Origin: a virus
Lineage: Duplodnaviria; Heunggongvirae; Uroviricota; Caudoviricetes
IMG/VR virus record: IMGVR_UViG_2711768042_000002
Span: 1-32,094 of that record
Strand: one strand, 5' to 3'
DNA: 32,094 nt
Shown: in pieces, positions 9,679 to 18,916 of the stretch
Layout of the letters: each line of letters starts with the position of its first letter
Position numbering within the stretch: the stretch's first letter is position 1
Notes under the pieces: model-generated
What the model saw: only the letters and a program-made list of their open reading frames with translations
Told to the model about the DNA's origin: nothing
Databases searched by the model: none
Program-made: the position numbers and the translations under genes

Positions 9679-10932
9679 TTACTGCCCGGCAATAACGATG
9701 CCCGTATATTCAGGAACAAGTACAGAGCAACCGTACAGAGTGGTGAAACGAGCAGTGGTTACGCCTTTGATGTGGTCGAAGGCGTAAGACATGATCAGCG
9801 TAGCGCCCTGCTCAGTGGTTGCTGTCATTACCTGTGGACCCTGACCAGTCGGGAACGCCAGTTTGCCGTACATCAGCTCAACAGAACCATCAGCCCAGAA
9901 CAGGTTAGCCGGTGCAGCATTCTTGTTGAGAATGGTGATTGCTGCGCTATTTGCCGCGTTAGCATCAACGTTTGCATATGGTCGGCTGGCGACATCCGCG
10001 TTGTCAGGCGGCAGAATTTTCGGGGAGATAGTTACTGTCGTTCCGCTTACTGCCAGAACGCGGAATACCTGCGGCTGCCCGGTGGTATCTTTGGTGATCT
10101 GGTGTACAGAATTCACCCCTGCAATGGTAAACGCATCGCCAACCTGCAAACCGTCAGCAGATACCGTAATGGTCCCCTGTCGGTTATCAACTGGCATATC
10201 GTTAGCATCTTTCGCTTCAACTTTGTGCGCAGGTGCTGCTGCCAGCGTAATGGGAGTTGCTGTCCCTTTCGGAACACGACCAGAAATATCGGTCTTGTAG
10301 CTATCAAAGGAAGCAACCGGAGGGATCTGCGCTTTTTCGTATGCTGTCATGGTTGCGCCCTGAGCATAGGCACGGTGACCAAGCTCGCCAGCAAGGTCTT
10401 TGTAGTTGAATGGGTTCCAGAAAGAGCGACGGTTGATACCCTGAGGTACACCAATCGCCGTCATGGTGGCATCAATACCTGCCGCACAGTTCCACAAATC
10501 ACGGCCCTGTGAACCAGTGGTTGAGTCAGCCATTGTGATCACGTTAGTAGCACGCTGCGTGACCATGGAAATCAGGTCAGAGTCAATCTGTGCAGCAAGG
10601 CGCATACCTGCGGCGCGACCAGCTTCAGTTTTATGCTCAGGGTCACGCATTTCACGCGCATCCAGAGTGTACAGAATGTTTTTCGGCTCCTTGAACACAG
10701 AAGGAACAAGGCGCTGAACCAGTGCTGTTGGCGTTTTGCTGCTGAGGTCGAGGCCTTCCTCAATGTTCATGTGGTAATGCTGCGGACGATACAGAACATC
10801 ACCTGCTCGCTGCATTGCTGTATCACCGGGACGGAATTTTTTAGCGTTACGGGAAACTACGCAGGCGTCCTCAAAGCCTTCAACGTAGTTTTCGAACATG
10901 ATTTCAAGGTCTTTTGCTAATTGGTTAGCCAT
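9679..10932 (-). CDS. 5: Major capsid (coat) protein, P22-like HK97-fold
   Basis: 417 aa; position after scaffold; local similarity to P22 coat (e.g. NLFWADGSVELMYG vs P22 NVFWADDAIRIV). Confidence 0.85.
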   Translation of the reverse strand: MANQLAKDLEIMFENYVEGFEDACVVSRNAKKFRPGDTAMQRAGDVLYRPQHYHMNIEEGLDLSSKTPTALVQRLVPSVFKEPKNILYTLDAREMRDPEHKTEAGRAAGMRLAAQIDSDLISMVTQRATNVITMADSTTGSQGRDLWNCAAGIDATMTAIGVPQGINRRSFWNPFNYKDLAGELGHRAYAQGATMTAYEKAQIPPVASFDSYKTDISGRVPKGTATPITLAAAPAHKVEAKDANDMPVDNRQGTITVSADGLQVGDAFTIAGVNSVHQITKDTTGQPQVFRVLAVSGTTVTISPKILPPDNADVASRPYANVDANAANSAAITILNKNAAPANLFWADGSVELMYGKLAFPTGQGPQVMTATTEQGATLIMSYAFDHIKGVTTARFTTLYGCSVLVPEYTGIVIAGQ

Positions 10933-10950
10933 GCTTAATGCTCCGATAGG

Positions 10951-11844
10951 TTATTTTTTTGCCTTTTTAGCGGCGAAATACGGCGTCCAGTCACCAGTTT
11001 CCAGCGCCTTGGCTTTCAGTTTGTCGAGGTTATTGATTACTGCGCCGTTGCTCCCCTTAACTGTCGGGGTTGTGGCTGCCGTGGTTTTTGCTTTTGGCAT
11101 GATTCTGGCCTTAGATTCGATACGTTCCAGCAGACGACCAATTGCTACGGGGTTGGTAGCTTCTGCCAGTTGCTTGCGCAGTTCAGCGTTGCGACCAAGC
11201 GCCAGAACAACGATTTCCGGCTTCTCTGACTCAAACAGGATCGCGGTTTGTGTCTCGATGGGGATTTCCTCGAGTACGGCCTGCTCAGCTTCCTGATAGC
11301 CAGGAACTTTGAGAGCCTTAACACGTTGCTGATATTTGGATAATCGCTCTTGATAGGCAGCCTGAAGCTCCTGCTCCTTCTGCTTGCGAGCCATCTCCTG
11401 TTGCTGGTACTTGCCGTTATCATCTGCCCACTTAGCCATGCGTTGCTGGTAGATTTCTTCATCGAAACCGATGTCCTCATCATCCAGTTTTGGCATTCGC
11501 GGTGGTTGAGTGATTACCGGCTGCTGCTCGACGGGTTTCTGAGACTGACGCATCAGCTCTTTCAGCTCGCGGTCTTTCTCTTTAATCGTCTTGCGCAGGT
11601 GTTTTACCAGTCCATGCTCAGCGCCATCTTCGCTGGTTGGCGAATCCAGCTTTTCGTCACCAAAGTAGAATTCCTGTTCTGATTCGTCGTCATCAGTTTC
11701 AGTAGCCTCCTCTGCATCATTGCCTGAGGACTCACTGCCATCTTCTGTTTCGACTTTTTCAGCCAGTTCGACATCATCAGGAATCTGCTCTGACGCGTCG
11801 GTTTCGATTTCAACTTCTGGTGTGTTTTCTGCCATCTGGTCCAT
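10951..11844 (-). CDS. 8: Scaffolding protein
   Basis: 297 aa, highly acidic N-terminus, Lys-rich helical C-terminus; between portal and coat. Confidence 0.8.
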   Translation of the reverse strand: MDQMAENTPEVEIETDASEQIPDDVELAEKVETEDGSESSGNDAEEATETDDDESEQEFYFGDEKLDSPTSEDGAEHGLVKHLRKTIKEKDRELKELMRQSQKPVEQQPVITQPPRMPKLDDEDIGFDEEIYQQRMAKWADDNGKYQQQEMARKQKEQELQAAYQERLSKYQQRVKALKVPGYQEAEQAVLEEIPIETQTAILFESEKPEIVVLALGRNAELRKQLAEATNPVAIGRLLERIESKARIMPKAKTTAATTPTVKGSNGAVINNLDKLKAKALETGDWTPYFAAKKAKK

Positions 11845-11934
11845 TTGTTACCCCTGTTTACTCGATGTTCAGCCCATCGGAAGGCAATAGGGTGCCAGGC
11901 CTCATAAAGACAGCCATTGCACGTTATGGGTTAA

Positions 11935-14133
11935 TTACTGCTGTGGTTGTTGCTGAGTTGATTTTTGCAGGATGCTGCTGATGTCCATGCGCTGCGCATG
12001 GCCCTGTGCCTGACTTTTCAGGACAAGCTCTGCATCAGCACGGGCATTGTCTCCTTGCTGTTGCTGGAACTGTCCGAGCAGTTTCAGAGCCTCGCGGATA
12101 TCAGATTTCTGCTGGCTATCGGCAGATGCGAGGATTTTCACAACATTTGCCGCTGCAACCTGAGCATCAGTCTGTGCCTGGAATGCTTTAACCTGAATGG
12201 CTGCCTGCTCGTTCTGCGCTTTCTGCAATTCAGCCTGACCAGCAAGAAGCTGACCTTGCGCAGCAACCATAGCCGGATCTGGCTGACTGGCCTGTTGTTG
12301 TTTCGCCTGCTCAACCATCTGCTGTTCTTCTGGCGTTCTCGGCTTGATAACTCCAGACAGAAGCAACTGATTGCGGTTGTATTCTTTAAGGTCGTCCATC
12401 CCTTCGCCGTCCATATTGTCGAGGATCATCGACGATACAAGGTCGTGTTTCGGCGTTCCGGGCGGGATAAGTGCCAGCATGGAAAGTAACGACTTAACCG
12501 TTGCGTCACGGCGAGTAGCGAACGACTGACCGACATCGACAGTCACTTCATAGTTACCCTGCGAAAGGTCGTTAAGCGCGATAACCTGCCCTGTCTGACG
12601 GTTAACCACTTCACCAGTCATCAGCGCCACGTCATCGCTGCCATCCTCATTAACGATGCGCATTGGCGTATCGCTGCCATAGACTTCACGAGCCATAGAA
12701 AGCCACACGACGCCAGCACGGCGCATGGATTTAGCCATGTTGTCCATGTAGATATAGGACTGCGTGTCCATCCGGTTAAAGATGCTATCAACGGTATCGG
12801 TAGCGACGTTGCTCGGCATGTTCTCAAGCTGCGACGCACCTGTAATTTGCTGAATAGCCGTTCCGGTGTACTGCAATAGCCCGGCAAGAGCTGGCGGCAT
12901 TTGTGTCGGAGGTGTCCAGCCAGCAACCTGAGCTTCTGAAATGACTGTTCCGTTTTTGTCCTTCTTGCTGGTCATAGGAAGAACTGCAGGTCTTTTCTTA
13001 TTCCTCTCTGCCCAGTGATTCATTAATGGGCCGGGAATGAAATCAACATCCACGATAGGAATGCCATCACCGCCAGCCTGAGTGGCGTTATCTGCAATCA
13101 TGGAAACCATCAGGTTCTCAAGACGCTGTGCATCCATCGCTTTTGCTGCGTGGCCTTCGATTCGCTCCTGATTATCAACAAATGAGCGACGCCCATATAC
13201 CGGGATGAGAGGAATATGTTCGCCCGGAATACGCTTCGGTTCTTCCAGCCATTCAGCGCCAGACAGAAGACCGCAATAAACGCGGCGCTTCTTCACCGTT
13301 CGCTCGCCAATCAGCTCGAATGCACCATCGGTTAGCTCGTCAACAATATCTTTGATCTGTTCTTCATCATAGATTGCCGTTTCTCCACTAACAGAGTTGC
13401 GCCACGCCGTGAGCTTCACCTTCTCTATGCGAACTTCGTAGTAGCGTCCAACATAGATGGCATCGGGCGTTGACCAGTCATACTGAGTACCAGCGTCATC
13501 ACGAGAAAGGCTTGCCGCAATGGAATCAGGGTATTCAGCCTCGAACGCTTTAGGCGTCATGGAGAACATTTCCATAGCCCACATAGCATCAGATCGGTCA
13601 TATTGCTTGCTGTCCTGATCGAAGAAGACGCATGTCGCTGGGTCGTAAACAGGAAGAAGGCTGATGCGTCGCTGATCGTTACTTGGGTCCATTTCATCTT
13701 CGTAATCGGCACACATGCGGAAACAACCGAATCCGCCCGTTACAGCATCATCAAATGCGTTATCACACGCTTCGCCACCGGATGTTTCCTGATAGTCAGC
13801 GCGGAATTTGCCGTTCATTTTTTCGGCTAACGCTTCCGATGCCTTGTCATCCTTCGGCCTGAATTTAACGCTGATGCGATTCTGTCGATACTCGCCAATT
13901 ATGCGATCACATTCACGGGCAATCTTATTCAGTTCAAAGCGCGGGTAATGCTCAAACCTGCCTTCATCAAATGAGTAACCAGCGTTTGTGCTGCCTTCCC
14001 ACTGTGCGCCGGACACCCGGACGAAACGTTGAGCCTCAATAATCTGCTCACGCATATCCTGCGTTGCTGACCAGGCATTATCAAAGTTGCACAGCACCTT
14101 GCGATGCCAGTCAGTCATCTTTTTTTCTGCCAT
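11935..14133 (-). CDS. 1: Portal protein
   Basis: 732 aa; C-terminal Gln-rich helical barrel region (…PEEQQMVEQAKQQQ…DAELVLKSQAQGHAQRMDI) like P22 portal; position after TerL. Confidence 0.9.
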   Translation of the reverse strand: MAEKKMTDWHRKVLCNFDNAWSATQDMREQIIEAQRFVRVSGAQWEGSTNAGYSFDEGRFEHYPRFELNKIARECDRIIGEYRQNRISVKFRPKDDKASEALAEKMNGKFRADYQETSGGEACDNAFDDAVTGGFGCFRMCADYEDEMDPSNDQRRISLLPVYDPATCVFFDQDSKQYDRSDAMWAMEMFSMTPKAFEAEYPDSIAASLSRDDAGTQYDWSTPDAIYVGRYYEVRIEKVKLTAWRNSVSGETAIYDEEQIKDIVDELTDGAFELIGERTVKKRRVYCGLLSGAEWLEEPKRIPGEHIPLIPVYGRRSFVDNQERIEGHAAKAMDAQRLENLMVSMIADNATQAGGDGIPIVDVDFIPGPLMNHWAERNKKRPAVLPMTSKKDKNGTVISEAQVAGWTPPTQMPPALAGLLQYTGTAIQQITGASQLENMPSNVATDTVDSIFNRMDTQSYIYMDNMAKSMRRAGVVWLSMAREVYGSDTPMRIVNEDGSDDVALMTGEVVNRQTGQVIALNDLSQGNYEVTVDVGQSFATRRDATVKSLLSMLALIPPGTPKHDLVSSMILDNMDGEGMDDLKEYNRNQLLLSGVIKPRTPEEQQMVEQAKQQQASQPDPAMVAAQGQLLAGQAELQKAQNEQAAIQVKAFQAQTDAQVAAANVVKILASADSQQKSDIREALKLLGQFQQQQGDNARADAELVLKSQAQGHAQRMDISSILQKSTQQQPQQ

Positions 14134-14134
14134 A

Positions 14135-15550
14135 TCAACCTACACCACAAGGAATTGAGTAACTGGAATAGTCGGGTTGCGCAACCGACTCCGGGCAATG
14201 CATACACATCATCAACGCATCAGCCAGGTTAGGAGATGGAATACCGAGCTTCTGCTTCATTTCTACCTTAGTCATTAGCTCCAGCTTCCCGTTGTTATTG
14301 AATTTGCGCTGAATCTGCGTCAGTTCTGCAAACAGCTTCTCCAGTATCTTCTCGCCTATCGCTTCTTTGTCGAAACTCAGCATGTCGTCGGGGTCTGCAT
14401 ACTCACCGTGGACAACCGCCCGATATGTCAGATACAGCCTGTCAGCCAGCGCATAATAGAATTGCGCTCGCTTATTGCGGAACACATCGCCAATAGTGCG
14501 AACGTTGTCGCCCTGCACGACTTCATCAGCCCATGCTCCAGCCTGATAAGGCGCATCTTCATCGAATGGCGATTCGCTGCCCTTGAACATCGTGGCGGTT
14601 ATTTTCTTGCCGGAGAACGCTTCCGTTGTCTGTCTGCGTAGCCCGGCACCAACACCATCACCATCCCACAGGTAGTGGTCAGCGCCGTCTTCAATCGCCA
14701 GAGAAGTAGCCCAGTCAGCGCCCTCGTTGATGTCCATCAGCAGACCTTCGGCAATGCGCTTAACTACCGAACCGTGACGCGATGCATAACCTTTGGCATC
14801 CGGCCCTGTATCTGATGGGTCATGCGCAGAGACAACAGCGCCTTTCGCTTTCCATCCGAGTTTCTTGTGCGCATCGGTTGCGGCTTCAAGCCATTCACGT
14901 TTGATGATTGCCATATCACTTGCGCTTACTGGCTCACCAAGCCAGATGTGACGATACAGTGTCGGATTTCTGCGTTTGCACTCTTCCATCTCCAGACGGA
15001 GGACTTCAGGAAAGTGCGGGTTGTCGGTGTAGTTCACCGTCAGCAGGCAAATGTCATCGGGAGGATTTACGACGAATCGCTGATAGGTATCGTCGAGGAT
15101 GTTTTTCGGGTTGAAGCTCACCCATATTTCGGAAAATGGCTTGCGGATGGTTGGAATCAGGATATCCCATGATTCCTTCGTTACCGCTTCCGCTTCTTCC
15201 ACCCAGCAGATATCAATGCCTTCGAGCGATTTAATCTTCGTCGGGTTGTTTTTGATGCCGTAGAACATGAATTCAGCGTTCGTTCCGAGATGACGAATCA
15301 TTGAACGCTGAATTTCAAACTCAGCCGAATACCCTTCCCGCTCGATGGTGTCTTCAAGCAACCGGATTACCGAATCGCTGATACTGTTTTGCAGTTCACG
15401 AGCGCAAAGAATACGCACAGGCTGCCGACGTGCCGCCTCAACAAGCAGCCTCGCAATTGCCCATGATTTACCGCTACCTCGACCGCCTTTGGCGACTTTG
15501 TAGCGATGAGCCTCAATGAACGGTTCAAAGATAGGATTAATCGAGGTCAT
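14135..15550 (-). CDS. 2: Terminase large subunit
   Basis: 471 aa; Walker A KGGRGSGKSW near N-terminus; nuclease-domain acidic residues; Sf6-type TerL as recalled. Confidence 0.9.
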   Translation of the reverse strand: MTSINPIFEPFIEAHRYKVAKGGRGSGKSWAIARLLVEAARRQPVRILCARELQNSISDSVIRLLEDTIEREGYSAEFEIQRSMIRHLGTNAEFMFYGIKNNPTKIKSLEGIDICWVEEAEAVTKESWDILIPTIRKPFSEIWVSFNPKNILDDTYQRFVVNPPDDICLLTVNYTDNPHFPEVLRLEMEECKRRNPTLYRHIWLGEPVSASDMAIIKREWLEAATDAHKKLGWKAKGAVVSAHDPSDTGPDAKGYASRHGSVVKRIAEGLLMDINEGADWATSLAIEDGADHYLWDGDGVGAGLRRQTTEAFSGKKITATMFKGSESPFDEDAPYQAGAWADEVVQGDNVRTIGDVFRNKRAQFYYALADRLYLTYRAVVHGEYADPDDMLSFDKEAIGEKILEKLFAELTQIQRKFNNNGKLELMTKVEMKQKLGIPSPNLADALMMCMHCPESVAQPDYSSYSIPCGVG

Positions 15551-15987
15551 TTTCCGAATAGAGTGCTCATCGGTGATGTTTCAATCTGAATTGCGCCGCC
15601 GTCTTTGCCTGTTAGTTCGTGATCAACCTTGTCGCGCCATTTATCCTTCTGTCGATTCTTAAGCCAGAAGATGGCAGCGGTTGTATCAGGCGGGTAATAC
15701 TTCTCAAGCGGAGTTTCGACAATTCTGTTTTCAATAACACGAATATCGATGTCTGGAGCCACGAAGCCCATAGCGCGTTGATAAAGACGATCACTAACTT
15801 CTGCATCAGCGACGGCCTTACCCTTTTTTATGGACTCCGAAAACTTAGGATAATCAAGCTTCCACTTGTTAATAGTTGACTCACTGACTTCAAAGAAATC
15901 AGCAAGTTCTGCATCGGTGTAGCCCAGCAAGCACAGTTTGCGTGCCTGTTCGGCATACGCCTCTTGATACTTTGTTGGGCGCGCCAT
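15547..15987 (-). CDS. 3: Terminase small subunit
   Basis: 146 aa directly upstream of and overlapping TerL; HTH-like N-terminus; C-terminus ...GKDGGAIQIETSPMSTLFGK. Confidence 0.8.
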   Translation of the reverse strand: MARPTKYQEAYAEQARKLCLLGYTDAELADFFEVSESTINKWKLDYPKFSESIKKGKAVADAEVSDRLYQRAMGFVAPDIDIRVIENRIVETPLEKYYPPDTTAAIFWLKNRQKDKWRDKVDHELTGKDGGAIQIETSPMSTLFGK

Positions 15988-15989
15988 GT

Positions 15990-16232
15990 TTATGCTCCGG
16001 TAGTGAACAGGTCTAACGCTTCCTTCGATTTACGCACCGCTTCGATAGTGCGGGTCGTGATATCTGAATTAGCGCCGCCTGACTGGAAGTGAATTTTGAA
16101 TAGCTCAAGCTTCAGTTCGTCAGTGCCAATGAACTGAAATGCTTCTTCTGCGGCTGCGTTCTGGTTCATGACCAGCTTGTAAATCTCTAACTGGAATTTC
16201 TGTTCTTCAGTCATGGGAATAATCTCTGCCAT
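15990..16232 (-). CDS. Hypothetical 80-aa protein upstream of terminase (P22 orf80-like position)
   Basis: Track ORF, 80 aa, tightly packed against TerS start. Confidence 0.55.
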   Translation of the reverse strand: MAEIIPMTEEQKFQLEIYKLVMNQNAAAEEAFQFIGTDELKLELFKIHFQSGGANSDITTRTIEAVRKSKEALDLFTTGA

Positions 16233-16535
16233 TGTTGGCTCCGTTTATCCGTTAAAAGGGATATCAGTTAAGTTATCCCGTGTAGGGTATAAGCCATTGT
16301 CGAGACCACTCATTGAATGGCCTCTGCAATAACCGATATCTTTCCATCAGTCCGCCACCACAAAGAATCTTTTTTGCCATAAGGCAGGAGGTTCATCTTT
16401 CAGTGGCTGCCAGTGTTATTTCCCCACTTACTGGCTTGGGTTGTATCGCTGTACTGCCGTTAATTAGTGACCAGAAATTAACTCCGGTTTCATTATCAAG
16501 CCCACCCGTAGATAGGCTTTGTAATGCCTACATGG

Positions 16536-17015
16536 TTAAATGATTTGCCAGTCTTCAGCCATCAGGTCGCCAATGGATGGAACCCATGTAGCAAGGCGGT
16601 TCTGTGAGTTTTTCAATACAAGCGTGTCATTGAAAGTTGGCTCGCCAACATATTCGCCAAAGCCATAACCCAACGCAGACGCTAATTTTTCCCCTTTCAC
16701 GAGATAAACAAACTGGTCTTTCCCATTCCATCCTGCCCGCTGCAAACTTTTGCCCTGTTTTAACGCTTCCATGGCAAGGCCGAAACTTAACCCTGATACC
16801 GGACGATAAGCCTTTTCGAATACTTCTTTTGGACTCCAGCTAACGTAGCCATCAAAGCGATCGGTGTTAGGTTTTCCGCCATCCAGATATTCAACCAGAT
16901 AGCCTTCGTCCTCGCCGTTTTCTCCGGCAGGAAGCTGCCAGCCACGAAAATCGTTATATGCCTGTCTCGTCATCGGAAAGGCGTTAATCAGTTTTACGCC
17001 AATATGCTGGGTCAT
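16536..17015 (-). CDS. Hypothetical protein with DUF2829-like C-terminal domain
   Basis: ATG start MTQHIGVKL... inside track ORF 16536..17138 (track N-terminal extension from TTG looks non-coding). C-terminal half FGLAMEALKQGKSLQRAGWNGKDQFVYLV...WVPSIGDLMAEDWQII resembles the DUF2829 signature as I recall it. Confidence 0.55.
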   Translation of the reverse strand: MTQHIGVKLINAFPMTRQAYNDFRGWQLPAGENGEDEGYLVEYLDGGKPNTDRFDGYVSWSPKEVFEKAYRPVSGLSFGLAMEALKQGKSLQRAGWNGKDQFVYLVKGEKLASALGYGFGEYVGEPTFNDTLVLKNSQNRLATWVPSIGDLMAEDWQII

Positions 17016-17237
17016 AAAATTACCTATGGAGTTGGGAATAAAAAACCCCGCGAATGCGAGGCTAAATCCTGGTATTTGTAATGAACTGGCTCTTATCTCA
17101 ACGCAGCCCCTTACCGCGCGCCAGATGCTCAATATCAAGCATCAACAATGAGATATTTAATCTGGATTCACTCCAGAAGTGATCACCACCCTGTCTACAG
17201 AGCCAGATGTGAAGGATGATGAGTAAAATTATCGCTA

Positions 17238-17675
17238 TCATCGAAGGCATTGCGTCCTGATGTATTCCTGCAGGTAGTTAACCTGCGCGGTTATCCTGTC
17301 TATTCCACTTCGGAGACGGTAATAATTGAGTTCAGCATCTGCTGTAAGTCTTGGGCTTTCTCCATCGCCCATGCTGCTGGCTCCGGTCGTTGACTTTGCA
17401 CAGGTGGCGGCGACTTGCAGGCGCTTACGACCAGCAGAAATATCAGCACGGAGACTTTCGATAGTCGCGTTAGCATCAGCAAGCTCCTTTGTGTATCTGG
17501 CATCGAGTTCTGCTACATCACGTTGACGATTCTGCATGTCAGCGATAATGGATGTGGATTTATCTCGCTGCTCTTTGTAGGCGATGGCGTTATCACGGTA
17601 ATGATTAACAGCCCATGACAGGCAGACGATGATGCAGATAATCAGAGCGGAGATAATCGCGGTTACTCTGCTCAT
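17238..17675 (-). CDS. Rz: i-spanin Rz
   Basis: 145 aa, N-terminal TM helix then coiled coil; immediately downstream of endolysin. Confidence 0.85.
   Translation of the reverse strand: MSRVTAIISALIICIIVCLSWAVNHYRDNAIAYKEQRDKSTSIIADMQNRQRDVAELDARYTKELADANATIESLRADISAGRKRLQVAATCAKSTTGASSMGDGESPRLTADAELNYYRLRSGIDRITAQVNYLQEYIRTQCLR
17300..17476 (-). CDS. Rz1: o-spanin Rz1 (embedded in Rz, +1 frame)
   Basis: [20 protein letters not shown] lipoprotein signal with lipobox, then Pro-rich [13 protein letters not shown]; inside track ORF 17300..17503. Confidence 0.65.
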   Translation of the reverse strand: MLTRLSKVSVLIFLLVVSACKSPPPVQSQRPEPAAWAMEKAQDLQQMLNSIITVSEVE

Positions 17676-18148
17676 ACCTCAATCTCTCTGACCGTTCCGC
17701 CAGCCTCTTTGAATTTTGCAATCAGGCTGTCAGCCTTATGCTCGAACTGACCATAACCAGCGCCCGGCAGTGAAGCCCAGATATTGCTGCAACGATCGAT
17801 AGCCTGACGGATATCACCGCGATCAATCATCGGTAAAGCGCCACGCTCTTTAATCTGCTGCAATGCCACAGCGTCTTGGCTTTTCGGAGAAAAATCTTTC
17901 AGGCCAAGCTGTTTACGGTAAGCATCCCACCAACGGGAAAGAAGCTGGTAACGTCCTGCGGCTGTTGATTTGAGTTTGGGGTTTAGCGTGACAAGTTTGC
18001 GAGGGTGATCGGAGTAATCAGTGAATAGCTCTCCGCCAACAATGACGTCATAACCATGATTTCTGGTTTTCTGACGTCCGTTATCAGTTCCCTCTGACCA
18101 CGCCAGCATATCGAGGAACGCCTTACGTTGATTATTGATTTCCACCAT
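17672..18148 (-). CDS. R: Endolysin, lambda R-type lytic transglycosylase
   Basis: 158 aa, [39 protein letters not shown]... essentially lambda R as recalled. Confidence 0.9.
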   Translation of the reverse strand: MVEINNQRKAFLDMLAWSEGTDNGRQKTRNHGYDVIVGGELFTDYSDHPRKLVTLNPKLKSTAAGRYQLLSRWWDAYRKQLGLKDFSPKSQDAVALQQIKERGALPMIDRGDIRQAIDRCSNIWASLPGAGYGQFEHKADSLIAKFKEAGGTVREIEV

Positions 18149-18455
18149 CTTCTACTCCGGCTTTTTTAGCAGCGAAGCGTTTGATAAGCGAACCAATCGA
18201 GTCAGTGCCGATGTAGCCGATGAACACGCTCGTTATATAAGCGAGATTGCTACTTAGTCCGGCGAAGTCGAGAAGGTCACGAATGAACCAGGCGATAATG
18301 GCGCACATCGTTGCGTCGATTACTGTTTTTGTAAACGCACCGCCATTATATCTGCCGCGAAGGTACGCCATTGCAAACGCAAGGATTGCCCCGATGCCTT
18401 GTTCCTTTGCCGCGAGAATGGCGGCTAACAGGTCATGTTTTTCTGGCATCTTCAT
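18132..18455 (-). CDS. S: Holin, lambda S-type with dual-start motif
   Basis: 107 aa, [39 protein letters not shown]... matches lambda S; Met1-Lys2-Met3 dual start; GGGGG-containing leader upstream. Confidence 0.9.
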   Translation of the reverse strand: MKMPEKHDLLAAILAAKEQGIGAILAFAMAYLRGRYNGGAFTKTVIDATMCAIIAWFIRDLLDFAGLSSNLAYITSVFIGYIGTDSIGSLIKRFAAKKAGVEDGGNQ

Positions 18456-18697
18456 GTCTTACCCCCAATAAGGGGATTTGCTCTATTTAATTAGGAATAA
18501 GGTCGATTACTGATAGAACAAATCCAGGCTACTGTGTTTAGTAATCAGATTTGTTCGTGACCGATATGCACGGGCAAAACGGCATGAGGTTGTTAGCGCA
18601 GCCTCTTGCCACCCGCTTTCACGAAGGTCATGTGTAGAAGGCCGCAGCATAACTATCACTGATGAATTCAGGATAGCCAGTGGCTACGGCTCAGTTA

Positions 18698-18773
18698 TGG
18701 TGCTGGTTAACGGACTTGAACCGCTACCCATTCGCTTACAAGGCGACCGCTCTACCATTGGAGCTAAACCAGC
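18698..18773 (-). tRNA. tRNA-Thr (anticodon UGU)
   Basis: Hand-folded cloverleaf: 7-bp perfect acceptor stem GCTGGTT/AACCAGC, D-stem GCTC/GAGC, anticodon loop CTTGTAA, T-arm AGCGG-TTCAAGT-CCGTT, 5-nt variable loop, encoded CCA; one mismatch in anticodon stem. Confidence 0.75.
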
Positions 18774-18778
18774 ATGTT

Positions 18779-18853
18779 TGGTGGGACAGCGTGGACTCGA
18801 ACCACGATAAGAAGGTTAACAGCCTTCCGCAATGACCTTTATACGACTGACCC
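18779..18853 (-). tRNA. tRNA-Asn(GUU)-like, possibly degenerate
   Basis: Anticodon arm GAAGG-CTGTTAA-CCTTC, T-arm CGTGG-TTCGAGT-CCACG and CCA end are canonical; acceptor and D stems each have one mismatch. Confidence 0.45.
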
Positions 18854-18854
18854 A

Positions 18855-18899
18855 AATAAAAAAAGCCACCGTTGCAACTTAAGAGTCACTAACGGCAGC
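18855..18899 (-). terminator. Hairpin plus U-tract just downstream of Q (candidate Q/late-leader terminator)
   Basis: Minus strand GCUGCCGUU...AACGGUGGC (9 bp incl. two G-U) then UUUUUUUAUUU; loop unusually long (17 nt). Confidence 0.35.
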
Positions 18900-18916
18900 T
18901 TACCCTCTAATTATGG

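Noticed and set aside
9625-10512. Plus-strand 295-aa ORF
   Set aside because: Antisense to the coat protein gene; Cys/Arg-rich low-complexity translation typical of a shadow frame.
16313-16543. Plus-strand 76-aa ORF in the lysis-terminase gap
   Set aside because: Opposite to the late operon, no RBS, Pro/Ser-rich; likely non-coding.
18470-18697. Possible third tRNA upstream of S
   Set aside because: No T-loop or acceptor pairing found by eye; region instead looks like the lambda-like S leader.
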